From contig OZ024743.1 in the NCBI GenBank assembly GCA_964016885.1, positions 16,802,001-16,866,000 of the forward strand: a stretch of 64,000 bases of DNA, read 5' to 3'. Positions 1 through 12,531 of this stretch are shown here, one piece after another; position 1 is the first letter of the stretch; each line of letters starts with the position of its first letter. The notes under the pieces are model-generated. The model saw only the letters and a program-made list of their open reading frames with translations, was not told the origin of the DNA and did not search any database. This stretch comes from Eledone cirrhosa. Lineage: Eukaryota. The position numbers were made by a program, and so were the translations under genes.

Positions 1-786
1 ATTTTTATTTTTATTTTTATTTTTATTAATATATTGAAATCTGTTCTCTATTTCTGCTTGATCGACAATCATGTAGAGTAAAGACAAGAATAGTATTGTT
101 AAACTTAATATAGACTCTATATATGTGTGTATATATACACACATATATGTATACTTGAATTTTTATAGCACAATGAGAATGTTTTCGTGTGAATTGGGAG
201 TTTGTTTATAATTATGATATAAACATATGCATTTTTAAAAACTAGACATAAGATCATTACTTTTCACACATTATAGATACATGTCTCATTCATGAATACT
301 GATATTTACATTATAATGCCTGTTTTATACGAACTAATATTTTCTACGGGATAAAACATAGCGGTTTTAAATTCTGCTTATGTTTCATTTTCTCTTTTTC
401 ATTTTCTCTTTTTTCTCTCTATATAACGGCTATTTTCTCTCTTAACTACATACATCTCTCTTTACATTAATACTAGAGCTAAATAAATAAATAAATAAAT
501 AAATAAATGTATCAACCGATACTCAACTTCCTAGTTTCTCTATCTATCTCTATCTATCTCTTTCTTTTTTCCTCTCTCTATATATATTTCTCTCTGTTTC
601 TTTACATGAAGTTCTTCTCTTTATCTATCTTTCTATATCTCTATTTATTCACATGCATTTCTTCTTTTTCTTCGTTTCTCTTTCTTTCTTTCTTTCTCTC
701 TTTCTTTTTACAACTGTCCACAATATTTTTTACTGCCAAATCAACCTCCCAAATGCAAGGTGATTGAAAGGTATGTCGTATCTATT

Positions 787-893
787 TATTTATAAAACTG
801 TTTATATTGTATTTTGTCTGAAGAAGGCATAACATATTGTTAATATGATATCCCTGAAATATATATAACGAAATAAATATGGTTTTATAAATA
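787..893 (+). ncRNA. Type I hammerhead ribozyme motif in a PLE pLTR remnant
   Basis: CTGAAGA at 818-824, stem II AGG...CCT, GAAA at 856-859, short palindromic TATATA stem III. Extended stem I (ATTTATAAAAC...TTTTGT / ACGAAA...GTTTTATAAAT). Followed by (TA)n. Confidence 0.7.
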
Positions 894-973
894 TAGTTTC
901 CATTTATTTAATATCATAAATATACTCCAAATACTTGTCGAGTGCTTTTATATCAGTTATAAATATTTATATA

Positions 974-1081
<108 letters not shown>

Positions 1082-1272
1082 ATATTTGTTTTGTAGGCAT
1101 GTAAACATGCCAGACAGAAAATATGTCCCATTACTTGCTTGTATGTTGAAAGAACGATAAATATTTTTAATCGTTTTTGTAATTTTACTGAACTTTCACC
1201 ACAAAATGTGTATATAGTCCAATGAACCTCAAAAAATAATTTTCCTCACAAGCCTTTATTATTGTATATATT

Positions 1273-1458
1273 GGGCGGTGGATTGGCAGTATTGGTAGAG
1301 GGTCGGACGCCATGCTTTGACGTATAGAGTTACGGCCCTTGCCATTCCGAGTTCAAATCCCGCCGAGGTTGACTCTGCCTTTCATCCTTACGGGTCGATA
1401 AAATAAAGTACCAGTAATGCACTGGGTATTTGCTGACCTTGTGCCTAACGTAGAAACA
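1273..1458 (+). mobile_element. tRNA-derived SINE, copy 1 (cephalopod-type; central region resembles the Meta/MESC SINE domain)
   Basis: A box TGGCAGTATTGG, B box GAGTTCAAATCC, core GCCTTTCATCCTT..GGGTCGATAAAATAAAGTACCAG. Two further copies in the window. Imperfect target duplication ATTATTGTATATAT / ATTATTTGTACATAT. Confidence 0.9.
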
Positions 1459-4364
1459 ATTATTTGTACATATCAGCATTCGGAAGAAATCAACCCACAC
1501 AACGCGTCTTCGTAATAAGAATTTAGGGATAACATGAGAGAGAATGTGTAACTTTATTTTAATTTTGCTGTTTTTTTTTTTTTTAGAAAGCATTCATACA
1601 CGTGATGAGACAAATTACAAATATTCCTTCAAAGACATGATATTCCCTCGAGTTACTTTGCTAATATAACAATATAAAAAGAGACCTATGTTTTCCTAAC
1701 ATTATGTTCCTTTTTATTAATCAAAGTAAATAAAGCAAAAGACATTTGTATAACACATTGGAACCTATTCAGATTTCGTGTGATACATAATCGTCACACT
1801 CATCAATATACACCTTTGTGTGTATATATTATAACTGGTATTGTTTCAATATGAATTTGGTATGCATGCAAGTGTTATTCGCACAGACCAATTTAATGAA
1901 ATGTACTTGAATGTTATTGACGCAAAATTGCATAAAACGAAGTAATAACATTGGCATTATACGTTAAAGATAACCAACATGTTTAAATCCTATGACATCT
2001 TCAAAATCAACGCAGCAATATTACAGTCTTAAAAGGCAAATACACCTCAGGATCAAAGAGCTAAAACATTCCATTACACTGTTTCTCTAAAAAGACAGCG
2101 TCAAATTATTCACTTTATTCTAATATTATGTGAACAATCTTTCCACACTCTTTGCAATGATGAAACATAAAACTCTTCACAACGTAAACGTCAAACCAAT
2201 TGAAAATAGATACTATAACATTTCGTCCACGAAACAAAAGTCCATACATCAAGAAACATAGGAATTAAACAAATGTACGCACAAATCTATATTAAGCTAC
2301 GTGTAACAATACTGTAAAATTGCAATATTCTTGGAATAAGGTATACCCTCAATTGAATGTGTATCCCTTCCAGTGTTACCAGCCAGTGTACAATTTCAAA
2401 CATCTAAAATATGCTTGTTTGTACTCCATAATGTATACACCCATATAATTCCTATAATCTATGCTCATATGTAGGTCATTTATCAGGAGCATTATACACG
2501 TGCTTATCACAGAGAATAAAATATGGATACATCAACAACATATATCATGTTTGCCTAATTATAACTAAAATGCGCTCAACGCATCTTCTCGTTATCCACT
2601 TATACAAAATCCTTAAATAATTTGAGGAGTATTAACAGGTGTAACGGTGTGGAGATTGTAGAGAAGGTAAGACTTCCTGAATTATTTATATCATAGCAGG
2701 ATTCATTACACGATTCTACTTGTTTGAACATATATACACATAATATTATACACAGTATATTTGGGATGAATATATTTGGGATGAATATATTTTGTATTAG
2801 CCTAGTAATTCGAGTGATGGTAAGCATGCCAGATATTTGCCCATTCAGCACAAACATAGAGTAAGACGCCCCAAAAGATAGATGCAATGAACCATCACTC
2901 AAGTGCATTACATAAGGTACATGAACAGGGTAATATATTTAGTTAAGTGAAATAGTGATTTTTAGCACAGGTACCATTCGATACATTTGGTGGATGATGA
3001 TTGAGTTGATTAGATCATGAATAAGACAGCTAATATCTGAATTACGTAAACCTATATTATGAAGTTTGATTACCATTTGTTTAAAAGCAGACTATTAGGG
3101 TATCAAAGAACTATTGAATGCAGCTACCATTTAATATAATTCTATATAACATTTATTTAGTTGAAAGGGGTAAATAAACTTGAATGTTGCAGCCATTGTA
3201 TTTAAGAATATGTTATAAAGACAATGGAGTGAAATAAGATACATTAGTGACAACATTCGGAAAACAATGTAAGCAAAGATGTAATGCCTGGAGTGACATT
3301 GCTTACATAGATCTCTCCATATTTACTGAAATTATTAAATATATAGAAGCATTATAACAGCGATTATGAATTAGTTCACTCTATATATTAATATTGAATT
3401 GGCATATAGAATTAAATAATCTAAAATATAATGCAAACGTGGAGTCAAACATATTGCGAATATAAAGTATTCAATAAAGTTAAACCAGTAATAAGATATA
3501 CTATCACGACAAAACACCTGATACATCAATTTTGAAAAGTATCACATGCATATTATACTTGTTACCAATTTGTAGTGTTATTGTTTTTCTTATTTTTGTT
3601 GTCCTCGTTTCTCTGCTTCTTCTTCCCATCATCTGTAACCCTTAATTTATGTTTTCTTTATTATGTAGATACTTTCAATTAGTTTTTAATATTCCATATT
3701 TTCTAGCATGAATGTGATGTGCCTGCTATTACATTTTTCTTCGAGCAGCATATATTATAGCCATAGCAAGTACTATCACATTTGTATGCCTATTATTTCC
3801 TTAACCTTTAAAATCAGAATATTCCTAAATATTAATGTCATGCTGAAATTATAAGACATTTTGATTTTTGCATGTGTTGTGTTTTGAATTCTTGATTATT
3901 TTTCAGCAATTATTACACTGTTGTTTGATTATTAACTCCGTTGCCTTATCTACTATATTAATAGATACTTTACTTCAGCTCCCATTGAAGATGTCTATGC
4001 ACCCGTTTCTCATTCGCATTTATTATAAACGAGTATTGCCTGTCCCAGTGCTCTAGCATTTATCATCTTTAACATACAAACTGATAGATGAATGTCACCC
4101 TATACCATCTCTATCCGGAAAGGTGTCTTCAAGGTGCAAGAACAGAATCATATATATATCATAACAGAAAATAAATAACTTTATTCAACAACATACCATT
4201 ATTTATATGTAGAACTATCATTACGTCTTATTCACCATGCAATACGTAAAGGGTATAGTGGGACAAGGTATTATAGTAAATAACTGGATGAATGAACTAA
4301 ATGGAATGAGGACAGCCTATACACAAAAGAAAGTACAATATCTTTTACAATACGTTTCTCTCTC

Positions 4365-4368
<4 letters not shown>

Positions 4369-4457
<89 letters not shown>

Positions 4458-4458
4458 C
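4369..4458. repeat. (CT)n microsatellite
   Basis: Directly visible. Confidence 0.98.
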
Positions 4459-4644
4459 TTCTCCGTCACGTACAGGTGCCAAAGAGGTACACACACTTAT
4501 TTAAATGTATCTGAATGTTTATATATAAGGTACCCATATAAAATACATTATATATACTATGCAAAATGCGCGTAATAGGTCAATCCACGATGAAAATAGA
4601 ATTATATGAAAACGAATTATTGATTTTCTGAATATGTATATATG

Positions 4645-4774
<130 letters not shown>

Positions 4775-5198
4775 AGAAATAGTTGATCGCTCTACAGGGT
4801 TGAACACAATAAATGTAATGTGGGATTTTCGAGTGTTAATAATAATATTCGTTTGCAATTATGCAAACAGCCTCTTTAAAATCATACCAGTAGAATGAGC
4901 CCTTGGTTCTTGCTCATGTGATGGCATGTAAAGAGAACTGGAAACACTAATGTTTCTGGGTGATTACCCTTTGTTCAGTATTGCATACTGCTTACCTGCA
5001 AAATGTCAGAGGTAGTGAAAATACATGATATATTCTAAAAAATACAGTGACTGATCGGCCTGATTTGCATATTAGCTGACCCATTCATCAGCCATATTTG
5101 CAAACGAATCGAATATTATTATTAATATTCGTATTCGAAAAAGTCAGGCTGCATTTATAGATAACGAGGAATCAGTAATGCATCAAAACGTACAGCAA

Positions 5199-5255
<57 letters not shown>

Positions 5256-5372
5256 AGGTAATGAATTCTTTTACAATGTAGTACGGTTATGAGACTAGTT
5301 AGATACTGTAAAGCCATGTGCGTCACACAGTCTTTTAAATTATTTAGAAGTGAAGCATATCAATTTGTCTCT

Positions 5373-5458
5373 GGATGTTTACTGAGGAGAGCGGGACATG
5401 ATATTCCTACACTTATTTAACTCGAAACATATTTGGATCTTAAAGTCTAAACTTATCT
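5373..5458 (+). ncRNA. Type I hammerhead ribozyme motif
   Basis: GTTTA-CTGAGGA(5382-5388)-GAG...CTC-GAAA(5424-5427)-C...G-TC(5445-5447)-TAAAC. Stem I GTTTA/TAAAC. Lies in a segment bounded by (TA)n on both sides. Confidence 0.75.
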
Positions 5459-5786
5459 ACGGAACAGGTTTGATTTTGAAATTTAAATGTGTCTAAACAT
5501 CACGGCCTTTTGGCAATACAGTTCGTCTCCGTTGATTTATTATTTTAAATCGATATGGACAAACTGTAGTATAATAATTAGTATACTTCAATCTGGCTAA
5601 ATTTTTCTTTTGCAATATATATACAGATGTGTTGGTATCTGTGTTTCATCACATACATATTAATTTATATATATATATATATATATATATAATGCAAATG
5701 AGATTACTCAACTCTTTTACGCAGACGAGAAAACTATATATTCTCGATTGTTTTGGTATCCAAGTGTTTTCAGTCACAAGTGTGGG

Positions 5787-5842
5787 AGGGATCATCCTTA
5801 TGAGGACCAGTTAAGTCCGAAATGCATCGACGATTATACCCT
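5787..5842 (+). ncRNA. Minimal hammerhead motif with mutated core (CTTATGA)
   Basis: GATCATC-CTTATGA-GGAC cagttaa GTCC-GAAA-TGCA-TC-GACGATT. Palindromic TGCA stem III is typical of PLE minimal hammerheads. Confidence 0.65.
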
Positions 5843-6012
5843 TTGCCTTTGCTGTACACCGCCAGAGGACGTTACACCCGGTGTATTTGTATAGCTACGG
5901 CTTTCTAAATGTTTACCTCTAAACATACCGTGCTTCTTTAGAAATAGTTAGTTTCTATATATATCTGTCTACAGTTATGATTGAAGTTAATACTAATTCT
6001 TTTATATATACT

Positions 6013-6046
<34 letters not shown>

Positions 6047-6189
6047 TAGCGTTCAAATTTATTATTATTTCTATATATATATATATAAGAATTAAAATAC
6101 TAGAGTGTGTTGGAGTTAAACACCCTTTTCATATTATAGAAATGACAGTAAAGGTATAGCTCAATGTAATTAAACAGAGCCGAAGAAAT

Positions 6190-6411
6190 ATGAAAATAAA
6201 CCAAAGAAGCCTTCAATATGTCAAAAGTCTTTATTAGCCAACAATGTTTCGTCCTATTAAGGACTTATCAGGGCAATTAAAGCTATAAGAAGCACTATTG
6301 ACAGATAGTGCTTCTTATAGCTTTAGTTGCCCTGATGAGTCCTTAATAGGACGAAACATTGTTGGCTAATAAAGACTGTTGATGTATTGAAGGCTTGTTT
6401 GGTTTATTTTC

Positions 6412-6413
<2 letters not shown>
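6190..6413. repeat. Fold-back inverted repeat (about 109-bp arms, 6-nt loop) containing a hammerhead
   Basis: 6190-6298 is the near-perfect reverse complement of 6305-6413. The + arm carries GCC-CTGATGA(6332-6338)-GTCCT taat AGGAC-GAAA-CATTG-TT-GGC. The mirrored arm has CTGATAA. Confidence 0.9.
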
Positions 6414-6467
<54 letters not shown>

Positions 6468-6499
6468 TGTAACTAGGAACAAGAATGACCCCATACTTA

Positions 6500-6596
6500 G
6501 GGTAATACTTGTTACTATTAGCCACTCTACTACCCTAAGTATTGAGTACTTTCCTGCGTTAGGGTCCATCTCGTTCCAACCACATTTCCTTCGTTA
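6500..6596 (+). mobile_element. 3' tail fragment of the 'TTCTGGAC' PLE-pLTR family
   Basis: CCACTCTACTACCCTAAGTATTGAGTACT...CACATTTCCTTCGTTAT matches 60835-60911 and the reverse complement of 17942-18020. Confidence 0.75.
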
Positions 6597-6698
6597 TATA
6601 TATAAATATATATATATGTAAATATATGTATATATATATATATATATATGTGCATATAAATATATATATATATATGCGCATATATATATATATATATG

Positions 6699-6823
<125 letters not shown>

Positions 6824-6845
6824 GAATAAATGCTCTGAAATAGCG

Positions 6846-7087
6846 ATATATATGTGAATATAGACATAGAATATTCGAAAATATTCTGTATGTTTATAAT
6901 AAACATTTTGAAGACCTAATCGCTAAGACCTAAGAATGAAACGCGTAGATTACTTCCCTTGCTTTTATCGAGAATCTAATTGTAATACGTGACGTATTCT
7001 ATTCTATAGCTATTAGGTCTTCAAAATGTTTATTATAAACATACAGAATATTTTCGAATATTCTATGTCTATATTCACATATATATA
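6846..7087. repeat. Inverted repeat (about 80-bp arms, about 80-bp spacer) embedded in (TA)n; spacer holds the 3' half of a hammerhead
   Basis: 6846-6925 is the reverse complement of 7007-7087. The spacer contains GAAA-CGCG-TA. Confidence 0.85.
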
Positions 7088-7091
7088 TATG

Positions 7092-7224
<133 letters not shown>

Positions 7225-7409
7225 AATTAGTATATCTAGTACCATATATATACACACAGATGCATACTTATGCTAGCAAATATATAGGTTTTGTCTTAGT
7301 AACTTTCTCAATGGTTAGGAATTTAGTCGACGCTTTGCTTTTTTCCATCCACTGAATTATTTTTGTATAAGTTCCCAGTGTCCACGTATTGCCTGGAAAC
7401 TTAGCTGAG

Positions 7410-7480
7410 AATAGACTTCGCTGATGACGAAAGGCTTCTCTGTACACTTCTTCGGAAATTATGTTTATTCCGTTTCAGAA
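7410..7480 (+). ncRNA. Possible degenerate hammerhead
   Basis: CTGATGA at 7421-7427, stem II CGAA...TTCG, GAAA at 7455-7458. Stems I and III pair poorly. Confidence 0.4.
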
Positions 7481-7552
7481 ACTAATTAGTTGAGAGTGAA
7501 ATTTTAGTAAGTTAATTTTATAATTTTCTTAATTTACGTCTCTCATATATAT

Positions 7553-7775
<223 letters not shown>

Positions 7776-7794
7776 GACATATATATATATATAC

Positions 7795-7845
7795 AAATAT
7801 AAGTATGTACATGTACATACATATATGTATACAGACGTACAGTAG

Positions 7846-7885
<40 letters not shown>

Positions 7886-8752
7886 CATTCACACATATAT
7901 ATATGTACGTATGGATTCACCGAACATTTATTATAATGCTCAGTGTGTTTGTAAACAAACATCCCGTATTAAGCCGAAGAGTCCAGCAACCATCTTTGCT
8001 CGTTTGTTCAACACTGTCAAAGGAACGCTGTACTAGTTTCAAGCTTATTAGCTATCGTCAGCAACGTATACCTTCCTGCCAGATTGTTCAACGTATATTC
8101 TTACCTTATGCATATCAACGGGAGAGTAGCCCAATTTTCATATCAAGTGGGTTAATCGGCCGGGTGCACCGAAATCCATAAACGGAAAAAATGAAACGAT
8201 ATTTCATTTCCCACTCTTAGTACGGCTGTTACTTAAATATATGTATGTACACGTACATACATATATGTATACAGACGTACAGTAGTATGTATATATATAT
8301 ATATACATACATGCACACATATATATATGTACGTTTGGATTCACCGCACATTTATTATAATGCTCGGTGTGTTTGTAAACCAATATCCCGTATTAAGCCG
8401 TAGTGTCCTGCAACCATCGTTGCTCGTTTATCCAACACTGGCAACGTATACCTTTCTGCCAGATTGTTGAACGTATATACTTACCTTATGCATATCAACG
8501 GGAGAGTAGCCCAATTTGCATATCGAGAGGGTTAATCGGCCGAGTGGACCGAAAACGATAAACAGAAAAAATGAAACGAAATTTCATTTCCCACTCTTAG
8601 TTCCACTGTTACTTAAATATAAGTATGTACACGTACATACATATATGTATACAGACGTACAGTAGTATGTATATATATATACATACATGCACAAATATAT
8701 ATATGTACGTATGGATTCACCGAACATTTATTATAATGCTCGGTATGTTTGT
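7795..8752 (-). repeat. About 2.3 tandem units of 380-440 bp, pLTR- or retrozyme-like
   Basis: Units start at about 7795, 8235 and 8615 (AAATAT.AGTATGTAC-like...GGATTCACCG...CCCACTCTTAG). Unit 1 has a hammerhead on the - strand. Confidence 0.85.
8025..8067 (-). ncRNA. Minimal type I hammerhead ribozyme with intact consensus
   Basis: - strand reads ACGTTG-CTGACGA-T-AGCT aata AGCT-T-GAAA-CTAG-TA-CAGCGT: 6-bp stem I, palindromic CTAG stem III, GUA cleavage triplet. Confidence 0.85.
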
Positions 8753-8789
8753 ATATATATATATATATACATATTACTGTACGTTTATT

Positions 8790-9580
8790 TTATTAACCTC
8801 ATTGCTAGTTCTTTCTATTCTATTCCTAAATGTGATCCTATACAAGGGGCAGATCTCATTTATATCATTATTTACAAATTTTCCAATTTGGTTCTGGCTC
8901 CTCTATATACTCTGATATTGTCTCTCTGATTGTAGCCAGAGAACTGCATACGGTGGATGAAGTGTTGTATGTGTCTCTCTAATACTTTGGTGTTGCACAT
9001 GCGGGACACTTTCCTCATTACCCTTACTAAATCCGCAATCAGTATTTGGTTTGTTCTGAAACAGCTGAGTTTCTGTGGATCTGGTATTTGGAATTCATGG
9101 GTTTGGCATAATGGGAATGGAGGATTTGTTTTTTGTTATTAATTGTTTCTAGCAAGAGCGCCGTGTCTAGTACAGGTAATCGATGGTTGGGGTCTTTGCT
9201 TAGGTAGTCTATAGTAACTTTGATACTCTGGTGGATGGAGTGAGCCATTTGTTTGATGCGTCCATGGTGTTTTTCTCTAATTCCTGACTGTTCTCTCTTG
9301 GGGGCTTTTTTACTACGATGTTGATATCATCAACGTAGCGGGAGTACATAAGCAGAGTTAAGAGATTGTTGTCTTCTAATTGTACTTAAGTCTTGTGTCC
9401 CATCATACCATAAATATGTTAGCTATGTCGCCTGCATTGCTAACGCCAATGGCTGCTCCCTCCTCTTGGGCATATGTTTTTCCATTAAATGTTAACGTAT
9501 GTTCCTTAAGGGTTCGTTTTATACTGGCCCCCACAGCATGCGCAATCATTTTCTTTAGTTCAGCATGGTTTTCGGGGGTC
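8790..9580 (-). pseudogene. Decayed Penelope-like reverse transcriptase fragment
   Basis: - strand peptides TFNGKTYAQEEGAAIGVSNAGDIANIFM, YSRYVDDIN, RLPVLDT, HYAKPMNSKYQIHRNSA, interrupted by stops and frameshifts. Confidence 0.85.
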
Positions 9581-9729
9581 CTTATGGCTCTGGTCCACCT
9601 GTTCCATCTTTCTGTGTGGGTTTTGTTGGCCATTGAGGTTAGCCCACAACACACACAACACACACAACAACAAGATGGCGTAGGACAGAACAAAGGAGAG
9701 GCACAAAATAACAAATAAAGAAAATAATC

Positions 9730-9775
9730 CCCAGCTACTGAAGAGGTCACAGCCTGTGTGACGAAAGAACTTTGA
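9730..9775 (+). ncRNA. Partial hammerhead core
   Basis: CTGAAGA(9738-9744)-G-GTCACA...TGTGAC-GAAA(9763-9766). No clear stem III or stem I partner downstream. Confidence 0.35.
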
Positions 9776-9962
9776 CAATATGTGAACAACCATCCGGTTA
9801 TAGAACTAACGAACCGACCAACCGCAAATTTATAATACATTGAAGTGAATCAAATGGTGCGTATGTTTCTTATTTGCAACATGACCCTCCCAAAGTATAA
9901 CAATATCAGTTTGAACACACGTTTTCGATAAGGAATCTTGCAAAACAAATTCAAAAACGAAA

Positions 9963-9993
<31 letters not shown>

Positions 9994-9994
<1 letters not shown>

Positions 9995-10215
9995 CGTAGG
10001 TCCCGGGTTGAGTCGGGGATAACCACAGTAAGTAAGGTACTCAATACATGGCAGAGTAAACATTTTTTTTATTTTATAGAAGGAGCTTCTACAGGACTAG
10101 TACTGTTTCATTCAGATGAAATCTTCAGGAAGCAGTTAATAAATCTTTAGCTTCCTGAAGATTTCATCTGAATGAAACAGTACTAGTCCTGTAGAAGCTC
10201 CTTCTATAAAATAAA
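9994..10215. mobile_element. Fold-back PLE-pLTR remnant with a perfect 66-bp inverted repeat and a hammerhead on each strand
   Basis: 10068-10133 is the exact reverse complement of 10150-10215. The + arm reads AGCTTC-CTGAAGA-TTTCATCTGAAT-GAAA-CAG tactagtc CTG-TA-GAAGCT. The left arm continues as an unpaired tail to (TA)n. Confidence 0.88.
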
Positions 10216-10234
10216 TATATATATATATATATAT

Positions 10235-10660
10235 GGTAAATTTATTTAAGTCGTTTGGAAGCATCGACAATGCAGATGGGTAAATCTCCGGGTAACAAGA
10301 TATTCAAAACAACGGACAGCCGCGGACACGTTCCGCACCTTTCCGACAGACCGAGAAAAAACCCCAGTTGATGGATGTGAATCCGAAATAAATAGGGACA
10401 ATTAAATCTCTCCCAAGGTAACTCTATCTCGTGTTGTTATTTTTATTTTTATCCTTTACGCTCTTTCCTACATTCTTCTACACGTTACAGTCGTCTACAC
10501 GCCACGCATCTCAACGTACACCCGCTTACATCTCTCTCTCCACCACCGGATCATGTTAGCCGGAATTCTACCCATCTGACTTGTCGAGGCTACCAAACGA
10601 CTTGAAGAAATTTACCTTATTATTCCACAATGCTTCAAGCAAACTTCAATACTCTCTTAT
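10235..10660 (+). mobile_element. PLE-pLTR remnant with a diverged inverted terminal copy and degenerate hammerhead
   Basis: 10235-10300 resembles the reverse complement of about 10550-10617. Internal CCC-CAGTTGA-T-GGAT gtga ATCC-GAAA-TAAA-TA-GGG. Flanked by (TA)n. Confidence 0.65.
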
Positions 10661-10661
10661 A

Positions 10662-10704
<43 letters not shown>

Positions 10705-10708
<4 letters not shown>

Positions 10709-12531
10709 TAAAAGAGAAAACACAGGTAAGCATTAAGTGAAGGATTTTTCCAGGTATATACGACCGTTTCACTAGTAAGTGCAACCTTATATTGCTATAC
10801 TGCAAATAGCAGTCACTCAATTATAATTGTTGTTCACGTCCAAATTTTCAAAATAGTGAGTAATATACTCGTGAAATAGTTTTAATATATAGAGAAAAAC
10901 ATTTTTTGGAATTGTATTTACTAGTATAGAGAGATAGGAAGAGGAATTAGAAGGTGAGGGGACAAACGTAATAGTATAGAGAGAGAGGAAGGGGGAGAAG
11001 AGTTAGGAAGAAGAGTGACAAACTGAGATGGGGGAGGTGTATAGGTGGAAGGATTCCTTGATCAGTTTTGATACGTAGACTTCATGTCGTCGGTTGTAGT
11101 GAGTGAAAGCGAATTAAATTGATCATAGTGGGAGGGATGGAGAGAGAGAGAGAGAAATAACTTGGGTGAGATATAAAGAGATAAATATATATATATATAA
11201 AATAATGATAAAGATAATAATGACAAAAATAAAAACAAAGAAGAGGGGAGAAAGAAGAAAAGAAAAGATAGCCAAAATAGGGAGTGAAGAAAGGAAGAAA
11301 ACGAAGAAATAGAAGAGGAATGAAGGAGAAGGGAGGGATATAGTTATTGTTTTTTGTGGGTAATTAAAGGGGTTAGATACAAAAAGAGGGTATAAAGTCT
11401 AAGTATATGCAGTGTTTCAGTTGGTAGTAAGAGGTTAAAGGTTCGATTTGCACTTGTAGTGCGAAAACTTTCTTTGAGCCTATGGTTACAATAAATTGAT
11501 CTTTCGATTTTATTGTTGAGTAACTTATTCTTCGAACTCAAAATGTGGAACAGCTCATGAATCGAGAGCTTATCATACCACTCCGATATGGGGCGTGTTC
11601 GATAATGTTTTCCACTTCAGGGTGTATTGATGGTTACTTTCCCTCAGTTGCCAGATCTTGTTTGCAAGGATAGTTACATAACGATGCTAGGAATCTTTCA
11701 TTGCGTATCGGTGTGTATAGCAACGGGCTTTAAATGTATTCCCAGTCGTCCGTTGTAATACCATTTCTGGTTGTCTGATTCCACTGTGCATTGGTAAACC
11801 AGGTTAGACTGAATACATTCATTATGTAATGGACAGGTTTCAGGTAGGTGACAGTTACAAATGTTGTCATGAGCAACTTTGGCATTATTGGTGGGCTGCG
11901 ATGCCTGTACAAGTGTGTTACGTTTTGTTTGCCTATTAGTGGGTGGTTGTGTATTAAATATTCTGTTGTGTTCAATGGTGATTGTATTGTTATTATTATA
12001 AATTTGTGTTCTTGGGTTGTTTTGTATCTTTTTAGCGTTAAGTATCTTGATGTGTGCCTCTATATTTGGTGCCGTGGAGTAAGATAGTCTAATAGATTTA
12101 GTGTTAAGGATTTTGCTGTATCTATGTGAATCTGGAAAGTGCTTATTTATTATTCTAAATAAGGTAGATGGTAGGTTAGTACTAATAAAGGTGTTAAATA
12201 TGGGGTTATACCAAATATATATTCTACTGCGTGACTTGTTTGATTTCGATGTATTTTTATTTACCGTATAATTTGTAGTTCTATGCGTAAATGCGTGTAT
12301 GTGTGTTTCCGGAGTTGTGTTATGCGTGTTTGTGTGCGCTTTGCGGAGGCTTTCATCTATATATTCTACTCTATCTAAATGGCCTGCTTTTTCTAATGCC
12401 GTATTGTAGCATTATGCATGTTCCTCCAATATTTGTCGGTTAGACGAGAGGCGGGTGATCCTAAAGGATATGCTGCGTGGAATGGATTTAATTATGGATA
12501 GTGGGTGGTTTGAGTTACATTTGATGTATGC
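10705..12531 (-). mobile_element. Penelope-like element (Naiad-like), inverted 5'-truncated arm
   Basis: Reverse complement of 12994-14803 with scattered substitutions. Encodes decayed RT C-terminus, linker (IWYNP...KHFPDSHRYSKILN) and GIY-YIG domain. Confidence 0.9.

Noticed and set aside
1273-1365. tRNA gene
   Set aside because: A and B boxes are present, but the spacing is too long for a cloverleaf and the sequence continues into a SINE body with target duplications.
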